DNA of 64,000 bases, from positions 32,001 through 96,000 of IMG/VR virus record IMGVR_UViG_3300036861_000610. One strand, 5' to 3'. The translations under genes and the position numbers were made by a program. Under the pieces are notes generated by a model. That model ran no database searches. It saw nothing but the letters and a program-made list of their open reading frames with translations, and was not told where the DNA came from. Positions 34,574 to 47,800 of this stretch are shown in pieces (position 1 is the stretch's first letter; every line of letters starts with the position of its first letter). The DNA is from a virus.

Positions 34574-35821
34574 ATGGCTAACAAGAAGGAACCCTACGGC
34601 GACGTGACCTATGGCGACCCCGGCTACAGGGACGGCGTCAAGAGGTATCCCCTGGACTCGGAGGCTCATTGCCGAGCTGCTTGGGCGTATATAAACATGC
34701 CCAAGAACGCTGCCAAGTATGACGCCAAGCAGCTTAAGATGATCAAGGATAGGATCCAAAAGGCTGCCGAAAAGTACGGAATCAACATTGCGGATGCGCA
34801 CACGGGCGATATGGCAGTGGAGGCATCTGACGCAGGGGCCTTGCTGGCGAGTGTCGCGCCCCTGGCGCCCCCGGCAGCCTGGTTCGCGGACCCAGGACTC
34901 AAGGGACCGACGCCCCTAACCATCGACGACGACGGCCACGTCTTTGGGCATCTTGCCCAGTGGAAGGTGTGCCACGTCGGCATCGGCAACAAGTGCGTGA
35001 TGGCGCCCCGCACGCGCACCAACTACAACCTGTTCCGCGTGGGTTCCGTCCGGACCAGCGACGGTAAGGCGGTACCCATCGGCAAGATCACGCTCGGCAC
35101 GGGGCACGCCAGTGATCGGTGGGGCATCATGCCCAGCCGTGAGCACTACGACAACACCGGCTGGGCCGCGGCGGTTGTCAACGTTGGCGAAGATCGCCAC
35201 GGAATCTGGGTCAGCGGATCACTCACCACCACCATGACCCCAGAACGCATCGCTGAACTTCGTGCCGCGTCGCTGTCCGGCGACTGGCGCGAGGTCAACG
35301 GCAACCTGGAGCTGATTGCGGCTTTGGCCGTCAACAGCCCCGGCTTCCCTATCTACCGGGAGCAAGGTGGCCGGTCATTCAGCCTGATGGCGGTTGGCGT
35401 CATCGGCCAGGAGGAGGAGTACATGGGCGAGGAAGAGGCGGAGTTCTCCGTCGAAGAGATGGAAGACGCCACCGGGTTCGCTGCCAAAGACGCCGACGTC
35501 GAGGACGAAGAGGTTGACGACGAGGACGGCGAATACGGCGATGACGAGGACGACGAGGAAGACGACGACGAGGACAACGACGAGGACGGCGAACTGTCCG
35601 CTCGAATCGAACGCTGGAATCAGATCGAAGAGGAGCTGGAAGAGCACCAGTATGAGCGGCGAGCTGCCCAGCTAGCCCAGATTGATGACGAGCGCATGGC
35701 ATTGGCTGAGAAGTCGGAGCGGCTTGCTGAGCCGGCCGGCGCCCTCTCGCCAACTGCTGAAGACGACGCCGTCTTCATCCAGTACAACGCTCGTTTCCAG
35801 GCCCTAGCTCAGGAAGAGTAA
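34574..35821 (+). CDS. head protein (DUF6582-like N-terminus, protease-associated domain, acidic tail)
   Basis: YGDVTYGDPGY..KRYPLD..H.RAAW.YI; PP..WF..P...GPTPLT..VFGHLA.W..CH; LSGDWR. Confidence 0.7.
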   Translation: MANKKEPYGDVTYGDPGYRDGVKRYPLDSEAHCRAAWAYINMPKNAAKYDAKQLKMIKDRIQKAAEKYGINIADAHTGDMAVEASDAGALLASVAPLAPPAAWFADPGLKGPTPLTIDDDGHVFGHLAQWKVCHVGIGNKCVMAPRTRTNYNLFRVGSVRTSDGKAVPIGKITLGTGHASDRWGIMPSREHYDNTGWAAAVVNVGEDRHGIWVSGSLTTTMTPERIAELRAASLSGDWREVNGNLELIAALAVNSPGFPIYREQGGRSFSLMAVGVIGQEEEYMGEEEAEFSVEEMEDATGFAAKDADVEDEEVDDEDGEYGDDEDDEEDDDEDNDEDGELSARIERWNQIEEELEEHQYERRAAQLAQIDDERMALAEKSERLAEPAGALSPTAEDDAVFIQYNARFQALAQEE

Positions 35822-35830
35822 GGACGATCG

Positions 35831-38800
35831 GTGGCCATTGATCTCGGCCGGTGGAAGCCGGAACTGCACCCTCGTGACTCGAAGGGTCGGTTCCGTGACA
35901 AGTGGGGACTGTCGCCTAAGGCGATGGCTGACGTGGACAGGCTGCTTGCTGCCTTCACTCACACCCCTCCCCTTCGCAGCAATGCTCATGCTGCGAGCTT
36001 CCTGCGTCAGCAGGCACCTAAGAGATCAGAGCGCCAGAAGGCTGTCCTCAAGAAGTTCCTGACCCGCGAGGGCAACGAAAACATCCAGTCGACGTTGCGG
36101 GCGGGCGACAAGGACACGCCCGACATCAAGGACCTCCGCGGCATGATGGTGCCACTGGAGCACGACTTGATCCTGAGTCGGGTAGTTGGTCCGGACGCGT
36201 TCGGTCTTCGTGCTGAAGACATGGATGGCGTGGAAGAGTGGTCCGGCCAGCGGATGATGGACCCGGGCTTCTCGCCAATGAACATTGGTGACGCCTACCA
36301 AATCGCTGGCCCCCACATTGAAATGCGGGTTCTGGTGCCTCGCGGTACCCCCGCCATCATTGTTGGTGCTGACGGCAACAGCGATGCTGACTCCCGGACC
36401 GTCATCTTGCCTGACGGCCTTGCTGTCCAAAACATCAAGATCCAAAGCGATGGCCGTGGCGGCTGGTACGCCATGTCGGTCGTTGGGTCACAGCAAGGCG
36501 TTGGCAAGTCGCCCCAGGCCCTCGCTGGCCGACCGCTGAAGGCCACCGAAAAGGCCCCAGCAATCGATGCAACACCCGACGAACTGGAACGTCGCGGCAT
36601 CTCCCCAGAGGAAGCCGGGATTCCAGCCCCCCAGGAGCAGCCGGGACGGTTTGGTCCAACAACCCCGTCGCCGGGAGCAGGACAGCGGGTCCTACCTCAA
36701 GCTGCACCAGGGCCAGAGCCGGCAGGGCCGAGCATTCCGAACCCGGCGGCCGGCGGTGTCCGCAAGGCCACCCCCATCCCGGCCGACGAAGTGCCTCTCG
36801 GTGCCGGCAAGGTCGTTGGTCCCGACACTGAAATCACGCCGCGGAAGAAGATCACGCCGCGACCCTCCAACCAGGTTGTCGATGAGGATGTCGCCCAGGC
36901 TGCTGACGCCAAGAAGGTAGCGGCGGCGGCCGACAGGGAGGCCAAGGCTCGGGAGGCTCGGCGCGTTGCCGCCGAGAAGGTGGTTGCCGACCGCGAAGCG
37001 CGGATGGAGCGGGAGCGGGCGGAGATCGCAGCCGAACGCGCCCAGGTTTCCGAGCAGAAGACGCAGATTATCGACCAGCAGCAGAAGCTGCTGGAGACCC
37101 TGATTGCCCAGCAGGGCGGCGGCGAAGGCGGCGGTACTCGGGCGGCAGACCTCACTCCGGCCCAAAAGAAGGCCGTCAAAGGTCGGGTGCGCCCAGAAGG
37201 CACCACTGACGAGGACCGTCGGCAGCAGGAGCTGGTCCGCCAGATCGATGCTGAGGAGGCAGCTGCAGCGGCACAGCCGGCGAAGAAGGGCATCAAGAAG
37301 GCTGCCAAAGCAGCGCCGGAGGCGGCCTCTGAGGCAGCGCCTGAGCCAGCTAAGACCGCCAAGAAGGTCGCCAAGAAGGCTGCGCCGCGAGTCAACCACG
37401 TCGGTACCCAGATCCGTAAAGATAAGTTCAAGAACCTGCAGGCCGGCGACGTGGTCGAAGTGCCGCCGCGCAACGGCCGGCCGGCCCGGCAGGCCACCGT
37501 CGACTTCGTTGACCGCGACGGCAACATTCACTTCACCGACAACTCCACAATCACTGGCGACGTCGGCACCATCCGGGTCGTGTCGCAAGGCACGTTGAAG
37601 CCGACGCCCGCAGTCCGGGCCAGGATGCAGCGTGCCTCCGACCGGGCCGCCGCCGGCCTCACCCCCAACGAGACTCTCCTGGCCGTCGCCGCCGGCAAGA
37701 TCACGCCCGAGCAGGCCGCTAAGAACCTCGAAAACAAGCTCATGGACGCGCGCAAGCTGCAGCTGCAGTTGGGCGACTTCGCGCCACCAGAGCTGGCCAA
37801 GGCCATCGAGGGCATCGAAAAGGTCGTCCGGGAGCTGCGTGCCCAGGAGGCTCCGTCGCCTGAGGCCGCCAAGAAGACGACCGCAGCGATGAAGCGTGCC
37901 GCCAAGAAGATCGCCGCGGACCGCGAGGCTGGCGGCGAAGAGGTGCCGCTGGAGGCTGTCCGCGAGACTCCGGCGACGAAGAGGGCTGCCGCGAAGGCTG
38001 CCCGGTCCATCAAGAAGGCCGCATCAACACCTGGTCCTGAGCTGTTGGACGAGACTCGGCCCGACGCCGAAAACATCAACGAGGTTCGTCAGGCGAAGAG
38101 CCTGGCCGACATCAACGCCATCGCGGCCACGCACAAGATCCAGATTCCGAAGAGTGTCGGCCGCCGTGAGGACCGCCGCGCCTTCCTGGAGAAGGCCCTG
38201 GCGATGCGGGACGGGGAGTCGAAGGCCGACTACGACGCCCGGATCGAGGGGCTTGGAGCCCCGGCCAAGAAGGCCGTCAACCCCTTGGTCAATGCCAGGC
38301 AGCGGCTGAAGGCTGGCGAAGATCCTGCGGCTGTTGCTCGCAGTCTGCGTAGTCGCGCCAATGCTCTGGACCGGTCTCTGCGCGTCGAGGGTGCACCAGG
38401 CGCTGACTCGGATTGGCGTAAGCGGACCGAGCAGCGTGTCACTGCGATGCGCAAGATGATCGCCGAACTGGAAGGTACGCCTGAGGCCCCGGCGGCGAAG
38501 AAGGCCGCCACGAAGGTTGCGAAGGCTGCACCGGCCAAGAAGGTTGCCGCTAAAGTCGCGAAGGCCGCACCGGAGAAGAAGGCAGTCCCGGCTAAGAGGG
38601 CGCTGCCCGACCGCGAAGCGCAGGATGCGGATGCGAAGCTTCAGGATTACGCGGAGGAGCTGAACAAGACTCTTACCCCCGCACAGAAGAGCCAGTTGGA
38701 CAAGGCCAATCTGAGCAACACGACCACACGGCAGTACTACGAAAGCCGCCGTTCTGGCGACTCTCACGCCAAGGCGCTGCGTGGGGCCAAGGCGGAGCAG

Positions 38801-41800
38801 GCGCGTCTGCGCGAGCAGTTCGAGAAGGAAAACGCACCGATTGTTCCTGGCTCGGCAAAGAAGGCGGCCAAGAAGGTTGCACCCGAGAAGGCAGCTCCGG
38901 CCAAGGTGGCCGCCAAAGCCATCAAGAAGGCCACTCCGGCCAGAGTCGCCGAGAAGCCGGTTATTACCCGGGCCACTCCGGTGTCCAAGATGGACGACGA
39001 TGCTGTCGTGGCTGAGGCTGCGAAGATCGAGGGTGCGCCCGAGACTCCGCGGCAGCGCGCTATCGCCCGTCGCGCCGCTCTGATCAACACTCGCCGCGAA
39101 CGGGTGCAGGCGCGCGAACAGGTCCAGGCCGCTCGGACGGCTGAGGCTGAGGCGCGTAAGGCAACGGCGGCGGCGAAGAAAGAAGCTGCTGCCGCGAGGC
39201 TGGATGCCGCCAACGCCCGAAAGGAAGCTGCTGCCGCGAAGAAGGCAGCAGCTGCGGCCAAGAAGGCCGCGCCGGAGAAGAAGGTCGCGAAGGCCCCAGC
39301 TAAGAAGGTCGTGAAGGCGGCACCGGAGAAGAAGGCCGTTCCGGCCAAGGCTCCGGCGAAGAAGGTGGCAGCGAAAGCTGCACCCGAAAAGGCTGCACCG
39401 GCCAAGAAGGTGGCCAAGGCCGCTCCGGCCAAGGCTGCTAAGGCGGCAACCGAGAAGCCAGTCATCACCCGCAAGGCCACCACCAAGGCGGCTGCCCCCG
39501 AGGCGCCCCCGGCCAAGGCGGCACCCACCGCCGCCCCCGGCACCGCGGCCAGACGTATCACGGCACTGCGTGCAGTGCCCGGCACCCGCGTCATGGTGGC
39601 AAAGCGCTCAGATGGCAGCTACGGATCGGCACCGCGTAAGACTGGCGCCATCCCCATCGAGGTCACAGCTCTGGATCGGGTCGGCGGCGGCCGGGGTGGT
39701 CGGTCTCGTCTCCGGATTACGGGCACCGACCCGGACGGGAACCAGGTTCAGCTCGACGTTTCGCCGTCGCAGACTTTCCCGCTGGAGGCGGCGCCCGCGA
39801 AGAAGGCCGCCAAGGCCATCAAGAAGGCTGTGCCGGCGAAGGCTGCACCTGAGCGGCCAGTCAAGGTTCTTCGCAAAAGTGCGGCCAAGAAAGCGCCAGC
39901 ATCGGCCTTTGACCGGGCTGACGTTATGTCGCGGTTGCAGAATTTTGAAAACCCGCCCAGCCGCAAAGACGCCACATCTTTACTGGAGCCCGCCTCCCGC
40001 GCAGACCTCCTTGCTATGGCGAAGGAAATAAGCATTCCGGGTGCCTCCCGGAAGACATCACCGGAGCTGCGTCGGGAGGTTGTCGAGGCCACAGCTGGTC
40101 GGCGCCTTGATTCTATTGCCATCCGCGGGTTCCGCGGCGAACGTCCGGGCGAGGCTGGAGTTCCGGAGGAACGTGCTGTTCGCCGGGCCAAGCCAGAAGC
40201 CCCGGTGGCCAAGAAGGTTACCCCGGCTGCCAAGAAGGTGGCCAAGGCTGCGCCGGTCAAGAAGGTGGCCGCTAAGGCCACACCGGAGAAGACCGCCCCC
40301 GCCAAGAAGGTGACGAAGGCTGCGCCGGAGAAGCCAGTCATCACCCGCAAGGCGACGACCAAGGCTGCACCGACCAAGGCTGCTACGCCAGCCAAGAAGG
40401 TGGCGGCGAAGAAGGTCGCCCCGGCCCCGAAGCAGAGTCTTGCCGAGTACACGGAGCAGACCCGCGCCGGCATGGGCCCGCTGCACGAGAAGCAGGTTCA
40501 TGGGCTGCGGTCCGGGCTCAGCGAAAGCTCGGTGGAGGAGTACTACAAGCGTCGGCAGGCTGGGGAAACCCACACTGCCGCCCTGCGCCACGCCCATGTT
40601 GCCCAGGGCAAGGTCAACGCCGAACGCGCCAAAGAACGTGCAAAGATCAACAAGGAGTCGGTGGCTAAGCTCACCGGCGAGCAGCGCGCGGCCCTGGTCG
40701 AATTTCGTGACAGCCATGTCGACGGGCTGAACAGCCGTCAGGCCAGCCAGGTCCGCAAGCTGGCCACCGGAAACGACGAGGTTTACTGGGCCCGTCGTCG
40801 GGCTGGAGCCGAACACCTTGAGGCCATGAAGGGTCTGGGGGAGGCGCCGGCCGCCAAGAAGGTCGCCAAGGCTGCGAAGAAGGCTATACCTGAGGTGCCG
40901 GCTGCGGCGAAGAAGGCCCCGGCGAAGGCCATCAAGAAGGCAGCCCCAGAAAAGCCATTTGACTTTACTCGTGCAACAACCGACGAAATCGAAGCAGCTG
41001 TAGAGGACGGCCGCCTTAAGACAATAGGTGATTCCAACCGGATTAACTTCAAGGCATCTGCAATCGATCGAGCAAGCAGGGACCTTGGTCGCGATGATGC
41101 CGCAGAAGTAAAGCGACTGCGGGATCTCGCGCGCCGTGTTAGCGAAGTTGCCCAGCCCAGTACCGAAGAACAGGAAGAAAACGCCCGACGCTTCAAGAAG
41201 AGCCAGCAGCGAAACGCCCTCATTGCCAAACGTCTAAGCGACCGCGGCATCACAAGTCCATCTTTGGACGAGATGCGGGCCGAGGCTCTGCTTATAGACG
41301 CGGAGGAGAAGGCCGCCTCAGCCAAGGCCGTCAGGGCCCCGGCGAAGGCCATCAAGAAGGCTGCCCCCGAGAGGCCGGTCATCACTCGGGCTGCGGCCAA
41401 AAAGGCCGCCGCAACTGAAGCACCGACCAAGGTTGCACTGAAGCGTAAGGGCCCCGGTACCAGGCCGGCTCCGACCGATGAGCAGATCCGCGAAGCGATG
41501 ACGCCGCGGATGAAGCAGCAGTTCGAGGGCCTGGACGACGCTGGCACAGCCAAGTACCTGGAGTCTCGCCGGAGCGGCGAGAACCACACCGCCTCCCTGC
41601 GGGAAGCCAAGAAGGTCGCTGCACCTGCCGCAAAGAAGGTGCCCGCTAAGGCCATCAAGAAGGCAGCTCCGGAGAAGCCAGTCATCACTCGGGCTACTCC
41701 AGTGTCCAAGATGGACGATGACGCAGTTATAGCCGAGGCTGCGAAGATCGAAGGCGCTCCTGCGACGCCTCGCGAACGGGCGATTTCCCGCAAGGCTGGG

Positions 41801-44800
41801 CTTATCAATGCCCGCCGGGAGCGGGCGGCGGCCAAGGCCGCCAAGGCAGCCGCTCCAGCTAAGGCCGCAAAGGCTCCGGCGAAGAAGGCCGTCACGGCGC
41901 TCGCCGAGCCCAAGAAGCCAATGGCTGGCTACCGCGACACCGGTGAAATTGTTCCGGAGGCAAACCGCGAAGGGCTGCACGTTTCGCCGCAGAAGTGGGG
42001 CGGCTACGGCGTCTACGACGGCAAGCAAAGTCGCGTCGAGGCCGACTACAAGACCGAGGCCACGGCACGGCGCCGAGTTCGGGAGCTGCAGGCTGGCGAC
42101 ACCGTCAAGGCCATCATCCCCAAGGAGCGCACCGCCCGACAGAAGGCCGCAGACAAGAAGGAAGCCGACCGCCAAAACGCTTTGGCACGGGCGGCTGGGC
42201 GCGGACCTGAGGTTGAGGCTCCCGCTGCGAAGAAGGCTCCAGCCAAGGCCATCAAGAAGTCCGCGCCAGAAAAGGTGACGCCGGCCAAGGCGACCAAAGT
42301 CGCCAAGGCCGCACCAGCCAAGGAGGCTGTCGCCAAAACTGTTCCCGAAAAGGCGACAGTTGCCAAGGCAGCGCCAGGGAAGCCGGTCATTAAGCGGGCC
42401 AGCAAGAAGGCCACGGCCACCCGCGGAATCACCGAGGCGGAGAAGAAGGCCCCGCCGGCAAAGGTTGGCGCCGCACGCCCCGAAGCGGCTGCCGCCACCG
42501 TCCGGCCCGTGGACTCGTGGAGCCCCGGCGACGGCATGGACACGTCGTTGTACCTGTCGCTGCAGCAATCGCTCGGTAAGGCGAAGCTGGGGAACCTCAA
42601 CACCCTGGATCGGGAGACTCGCGTCTCTGCTCGACACCAGAACGTTCCGGCTGCCTACCAGGCCCTGCGGGCAGACCTGGCCGGCAGCCCCGACCTGCAG
42701 AGCCGCCTGGACCGTTGGTACCGCGGCACATTCAAGCCGGCAGGCAAGGGTGACGATCTCACCAGGCCCCGGATGCGGCCTGCCGTCAAGGCGGCAGAAG
42801 CAACCAAGGCGACCCGGACGCCGCGCAAGGTGGTGCCGTCGACCCCGGCTGCCGACGCGAAGATCCGTGCCACGCTTGCCAAGCTGAAGCCGCAGGGCAA
42901 GGAAGACGTCCTGGCCAGCATGACTCCCGAGCAGCGTAAGGCTGTGGAGGAAGCAGTTGATCGCGCTGATGCTCGGCTGGCCGCCCGTAAGGCGACCAAG
43001 GCCGCCAAGGCTGTAGCGCCGGAGGTTTCGACACCGACCGCGGCGAAGAAAACCGCTACGGCCAAGAAGGTTGCCAAGGCCGCGCCGGAGAAGCCGACCG
43101 TTAAGAGGGCGGCCAAGAAGGTCGCGGCGCAGGCCGAAGCCCCTGCCGCCGCGCCTGCCAAGAAGGCCGCGCGCCCGCTCATCAAGCGGCAGGGCAAGGC
43201 TGTCACCGCGGCGGAGGCTCGCAAGGAGTCGGCGCTGGAAGCGGTGCGCGGCCACGACATGGGCCGGCGCACCGACAATGAGACCCTCGGCCAGTACCGC
43301 GTCATCGAGCGGAACCTGCAGAGCGGTGACTACACCCCAGTCCAGGCGAAGGGTGCCGCTCGGCGTGAGGCGCAATTGTGGCGCCGGCAGGCGCGCGCCA
43401 TTGAGGCTGATAAGGGTCTCAGTGCAGATGAGAAGCTGACAGGCCGTTCCCGGGCATTGTCGGCTGGCGAAAACTACGACAAGCTGGCTGATGCCATCGC
43501 CGAGTCGCAGACCCGGGATCGGATTGAGGCTAAGCGGTTTGGTGAGGCGCCGGCTGCTGCACCCAGCAAGCGGGTCGCGAAGGCCGCGCCAACGAAGGCA
43601 GCTGCTAAGGCCGCGCCGGAGAAGCCGGTCATCAAGCGGGCCGCCAAGAAGACTGCACCGGAAGCCCCGCTCACTGACCGGGAGGCCAGGGCAGCACAGC
43701 GGGCCGGAAGAACACCTGCGCCAGAGACCGCGAAGCAGAAGGCCGCAAAGGCTGAGATTGCCCGTAAGGCCAAGGCCACCCAGGCCCGTATCGAAGCTGA
43801 ACGTAAGGCTGACGACAAGGCCCACGCCGCGTTCTTCCGGCCGATCCTCAAGGATGCTGGGGTCAAGGATTCGGAGCTGTCTGACCTGGACCGCACTGGC
43901 CTGCGGGTGGTTGGCGACAAGCTGCGCGACGGGAAGATCAGCAAGGCCACTGCAGCGCGACGGCTGCGGACTGACCGTGAGGATTCGCCGCTTAACAAGA
44001 TTGCTGACGCGATCGAGGCCAAGCCGCGTAAGGCTGCGGTCAAGAAGGCTGCACCCGAAGCCCCGACCAAGGCAGCGAAGGCCCCCGCTAAGGCGGTCAA
44101 GAAAACCGTTCCGGCCACGGCAACAGCCGAGAAGAAGCCGACCATTACTCGACGAGTGAAGAAGGTCGCACCCGCCGAAGCCCCGGCCGCCAAGAAGGCT
44201 GAGACACCAGCCAAGAAGGTGGCCGCTCCGACTAAGGCAGCGACTAAGACCGTTCCCGCCAAGAAGGCCGCACCGATCAAGAAGACGGCCACCAAGGCGG
44301 CGCCGGCCAAGGCTACAGCCAAACTGACCCGTAAGCCCACGGATGTCGACCAAAAGACCATCGACTCCCTGAACAACGACCAGATCAGCCAGATTAACGA
44401 CCTGAGCCCCGACAGTCAGGACGCGTACTGGGCCCGCCGCAACCGCGGCATCGGCCACGACAGCGCTTGGCGGTCGGTGCCCAAGGGTGACATTGAGGCT
44501 CTGCGCCGACCCAGCCAGCCGGGACGAGAAGGTGAGGCACGGCCGGTCGGCAACGCCGAGTCGGTTGAGGCCCTGCGTCGACCAACCATCACCCGCAGTG
44601 GTACCGGCAGTCGCCGCCTCACCGAGGACGAGAAGGACGACGTTCTTCGGCAGGCGGCAGACGCCAAGACCGCCAACCCGAACTGGCCTGTCACTCGGGA
44701 AGATCGAGACTTGGCCCGGGAGGCCGCCGAAATCCAAGAGGCTCGTGCCTCCACCGGTCGGGCAGTAAAGGCCACCAAGAAGGTGGCCCCGAAGGAGGTT

Positions 44801-47800
44801 GTCAAGAAGGTCGCCCCGAACGTCATTAAAACGCGGGAGCGTCGGGCCAAGCAGTACGACGAGGCCGTTGGTGACGTTCCCGGCGAGAGGGGCGGCTTAC
44901 TGCGCAGCACCAAGAAGGCCCTCGCAGAAGGTGAGCCGGCCGCCACGGCTAAGGACCGACTCAGCAAGCGGGCCGAAAGCCTCCGGACTCAGGCTGAACT
45001 GCTGCGCGAAAAGGGCGACAGTGACTTCGTCGGAGACGAGATCACCAAGCTGGAGCGCGACGCTGACACCTACCAGCGGGCTGCGGATCTGGCCGGCAAG
45101 AAGGTTCCCACGATCAAGAAGGCCGTCAAGCCTGGCGAAAAGGTCGCTGTCAAGGATCTGACGGACGGCGACGTTGCCATCCTCGACGGGAAGAGGGGCA
45201 CGTTCCGGCAGCCGAGGCCGCGCACCACGTTCATTGAGTTCCCTGACGGCAGTCAGGAGAAGGTGCAGAAGTCCCGCCTCGCACAAATGGTGCGGGACAA
45301 GAAGCTGCAGCTTCTTGGCGGGGATCACCGGGCCAACGCCCCAGAAGGTGGAGCACCTGAAGCTCCAGCCGCGAAGAAGGCCCGGCCGAGCATCAAGCGG
45401 GCGCCAGCTACCGCAGCAGCAGACGCGCCCGGCAACGCCCGGGACCGTAAGCGCCTAGACGCTACTGGCAACCGCGATGCGGTGAAGGCGCGCGCCGACG
45501 AACTGGTCCAGGACGGCAAGACATCGCCGGCCGCATGGCGTCAGGCATTGGATGAGGCAGAGGCGCCGGAGGAGCGTTCTACCCGCCGTCGCCTGACTGG
45601 CCCTGTCGGCGGCGAAGGCAATGTCGACACGAGCCTGGAGTCTCGGCGTGCCCGACGGGCCGTGAGCCGTGGCGTTACTACACCTGGCGGCGAGTCGCAG
45701 GTTGTGCCGCTCAAGCGGGCAGCGAAGAAGGCTACACCTGAGGCAGCCGCACCGGAGAAGCCAGTTATCGAGCGGGCCGCCAAGAAGGTGGCGGCGCCTG
45801 AAGTTGCAGAGCTGGCGAAGGCAACGAAGGCCGCGGCGGCCAAGAAGAGCGTCAAGAAGGCGACCCCTGAGGCGCCGACCAAGGCCGTCAAGAAGGCTGT
45901 GCCGGCGAAGAAGGCGGCACCTGAAGCTCCCGCCGCAGCCAAGAAGGCGCCAGCTAAGGCCATCAAGAAGGCCGCTCCAGAGAAGCCGGTCATCAAACGG
46001 GCAGCGAAGAAGGTCGCCGCCGCTCCGGCCCCGGTCAAAGCAGTCCCGGCCAAGAGGGCACCGATCAAGAAGGCGGCACCGGAGACACCGGCCGCAGCAG
46101 CCGAACGTCGCCTCACGCCACGGCTCAGTGAACTGCAGCAGCGTCAGGTCGAGGGCATGTCCCCGGCCGGTGCCCGTAAGTATTGGGAACGTCGGGCCGA
46201 AGGCAACGACCACGCTGACGCCGTTGCTGGCATCCCGCACCGTCGCCCCATTGGCACACGTAGCGGACCGCTTGCAGGACCGGCCCGGTCCCACGACGCG
46301 CACACCCAGCGCGCTATGGAAGGCCTCGACAAGTTCCAGTCCTCCCTGTCGGAGCCGCAGGCTGCACAGCTAGACGAGACGCTGGGCCTACACAAGACCG
46401 CAGCGGCACGCCGCAAGGCGAAGTTGGACTACTGGGCCAATCGAGGAGCCGGCGATAGCCACACTGCCGCTTTGAAGAAGGTCACGCCAGAAGGGGCTGA
46501 TACACCGAAGGCCGTCCGGCCAACCATTACCCGGGCCGCCGCCAAGAAGGCAGAGGCCGGACCGCCGTCGCGTAAGGCTGTGTCCGAGCTGCGGGCCAGT
46601 GAGCGCAATGCCAAGTACGGACCCGACGGTCCGAGCCACATCGACCTCAGCCGGGTCGGCGAGGGCATCGACCTGGGCGACGACCAGTCGATTCTGGATG
46701 AGGCGCAGGCGAAGCTGAACCGCGGCGAGACTCCGCGCATGGTTGCCAAGGGTCTGGACGACCACGCCAACGGCATCCTCACCCACGGCATCTACGTGCA
46801 CGGCGCGTACCAGGCCCGCGAGAAGACAGGCATTCCCGAGATTGATGCGGGTAAGCCAGCGCGCGCAGCCGAAAACGAAGCCGAGCTGAAGAAGTACCGG
46901 GACCGCAGCGACCGGCTCAAGGAGTTGGCCGAGAAGCTGCGCGGCACCCGGCGCCCGGTCGCCCGTAAGGCAACCACGGCAGCCCCAGCCAAGGCGGCCA
47001 AGGCGGCTCCGATCAAGGCTGCACCCACGAAGAGGGTGGCAGGGCAGCGGCGCGTTTCGCCATGGGATCCGATTCCCGTCTTCCGTGACGGCGGCGAGTC
47101 GGGTCTTCGGGACCGGTTGTCCGAACTGGACACCGAACAGCTCAAGGACATGATCGCTGCCGGCGGCATGGACAGTTCTGGGCTGGCGGCTAAGTGGCGC
47201 AGCCGGGACCGGCTCACAAACTTGATCGTTGACCGGGTTCAAGGTCGGGCGACGAAGGGTCGGGCGTTCCGCCCCGAGCCGGCCACCAAGGTTGCCAAGG
47301 CCCCGGCCCGCAGTATCAAGAAGGCCACTCCTGCCGTCGCGGAAACGCCTGCAGTGAAGAAGGCCGTGAAGGCGGTCAAGAAGACGGCAGCAGAGGTCGC
47401 ACCTGAGGCGCCGGCCAAGAAGACGGCCGCCGCGAAGAAGGCCGCCAGGAAGACCATTCCCGAGAAGTTGCCTACCGGTGCAGCGGACCTGGTTCGTCTC
47501 GGCAAGGAGCACGGCATCCTTGGTGCCGACGAGCTGAGCCCCGAGGCGCTGCGCGACGCTCTGACGGCTAAGCGCAAGGACCCGAACCTGGTCCCGATCG
47601 CCTCGGAGCTGATCCCGCAGGAGATCCGTGACGCGTCGCCAGAAAAGCTCCGTGCCATCGCCAAGGTGGGCGGCTTCGAGCTGGAAGGCGACACAGCTGA
47701 CGAACTGCGCCTGGACCTGATCCGCAAGGCCATCACCAGCGCGGCGCGGGAGCGGCTGGAGGGCCGGTCTGCGAGGAAGAAGGCCGCGCCGGCCAAGGCC

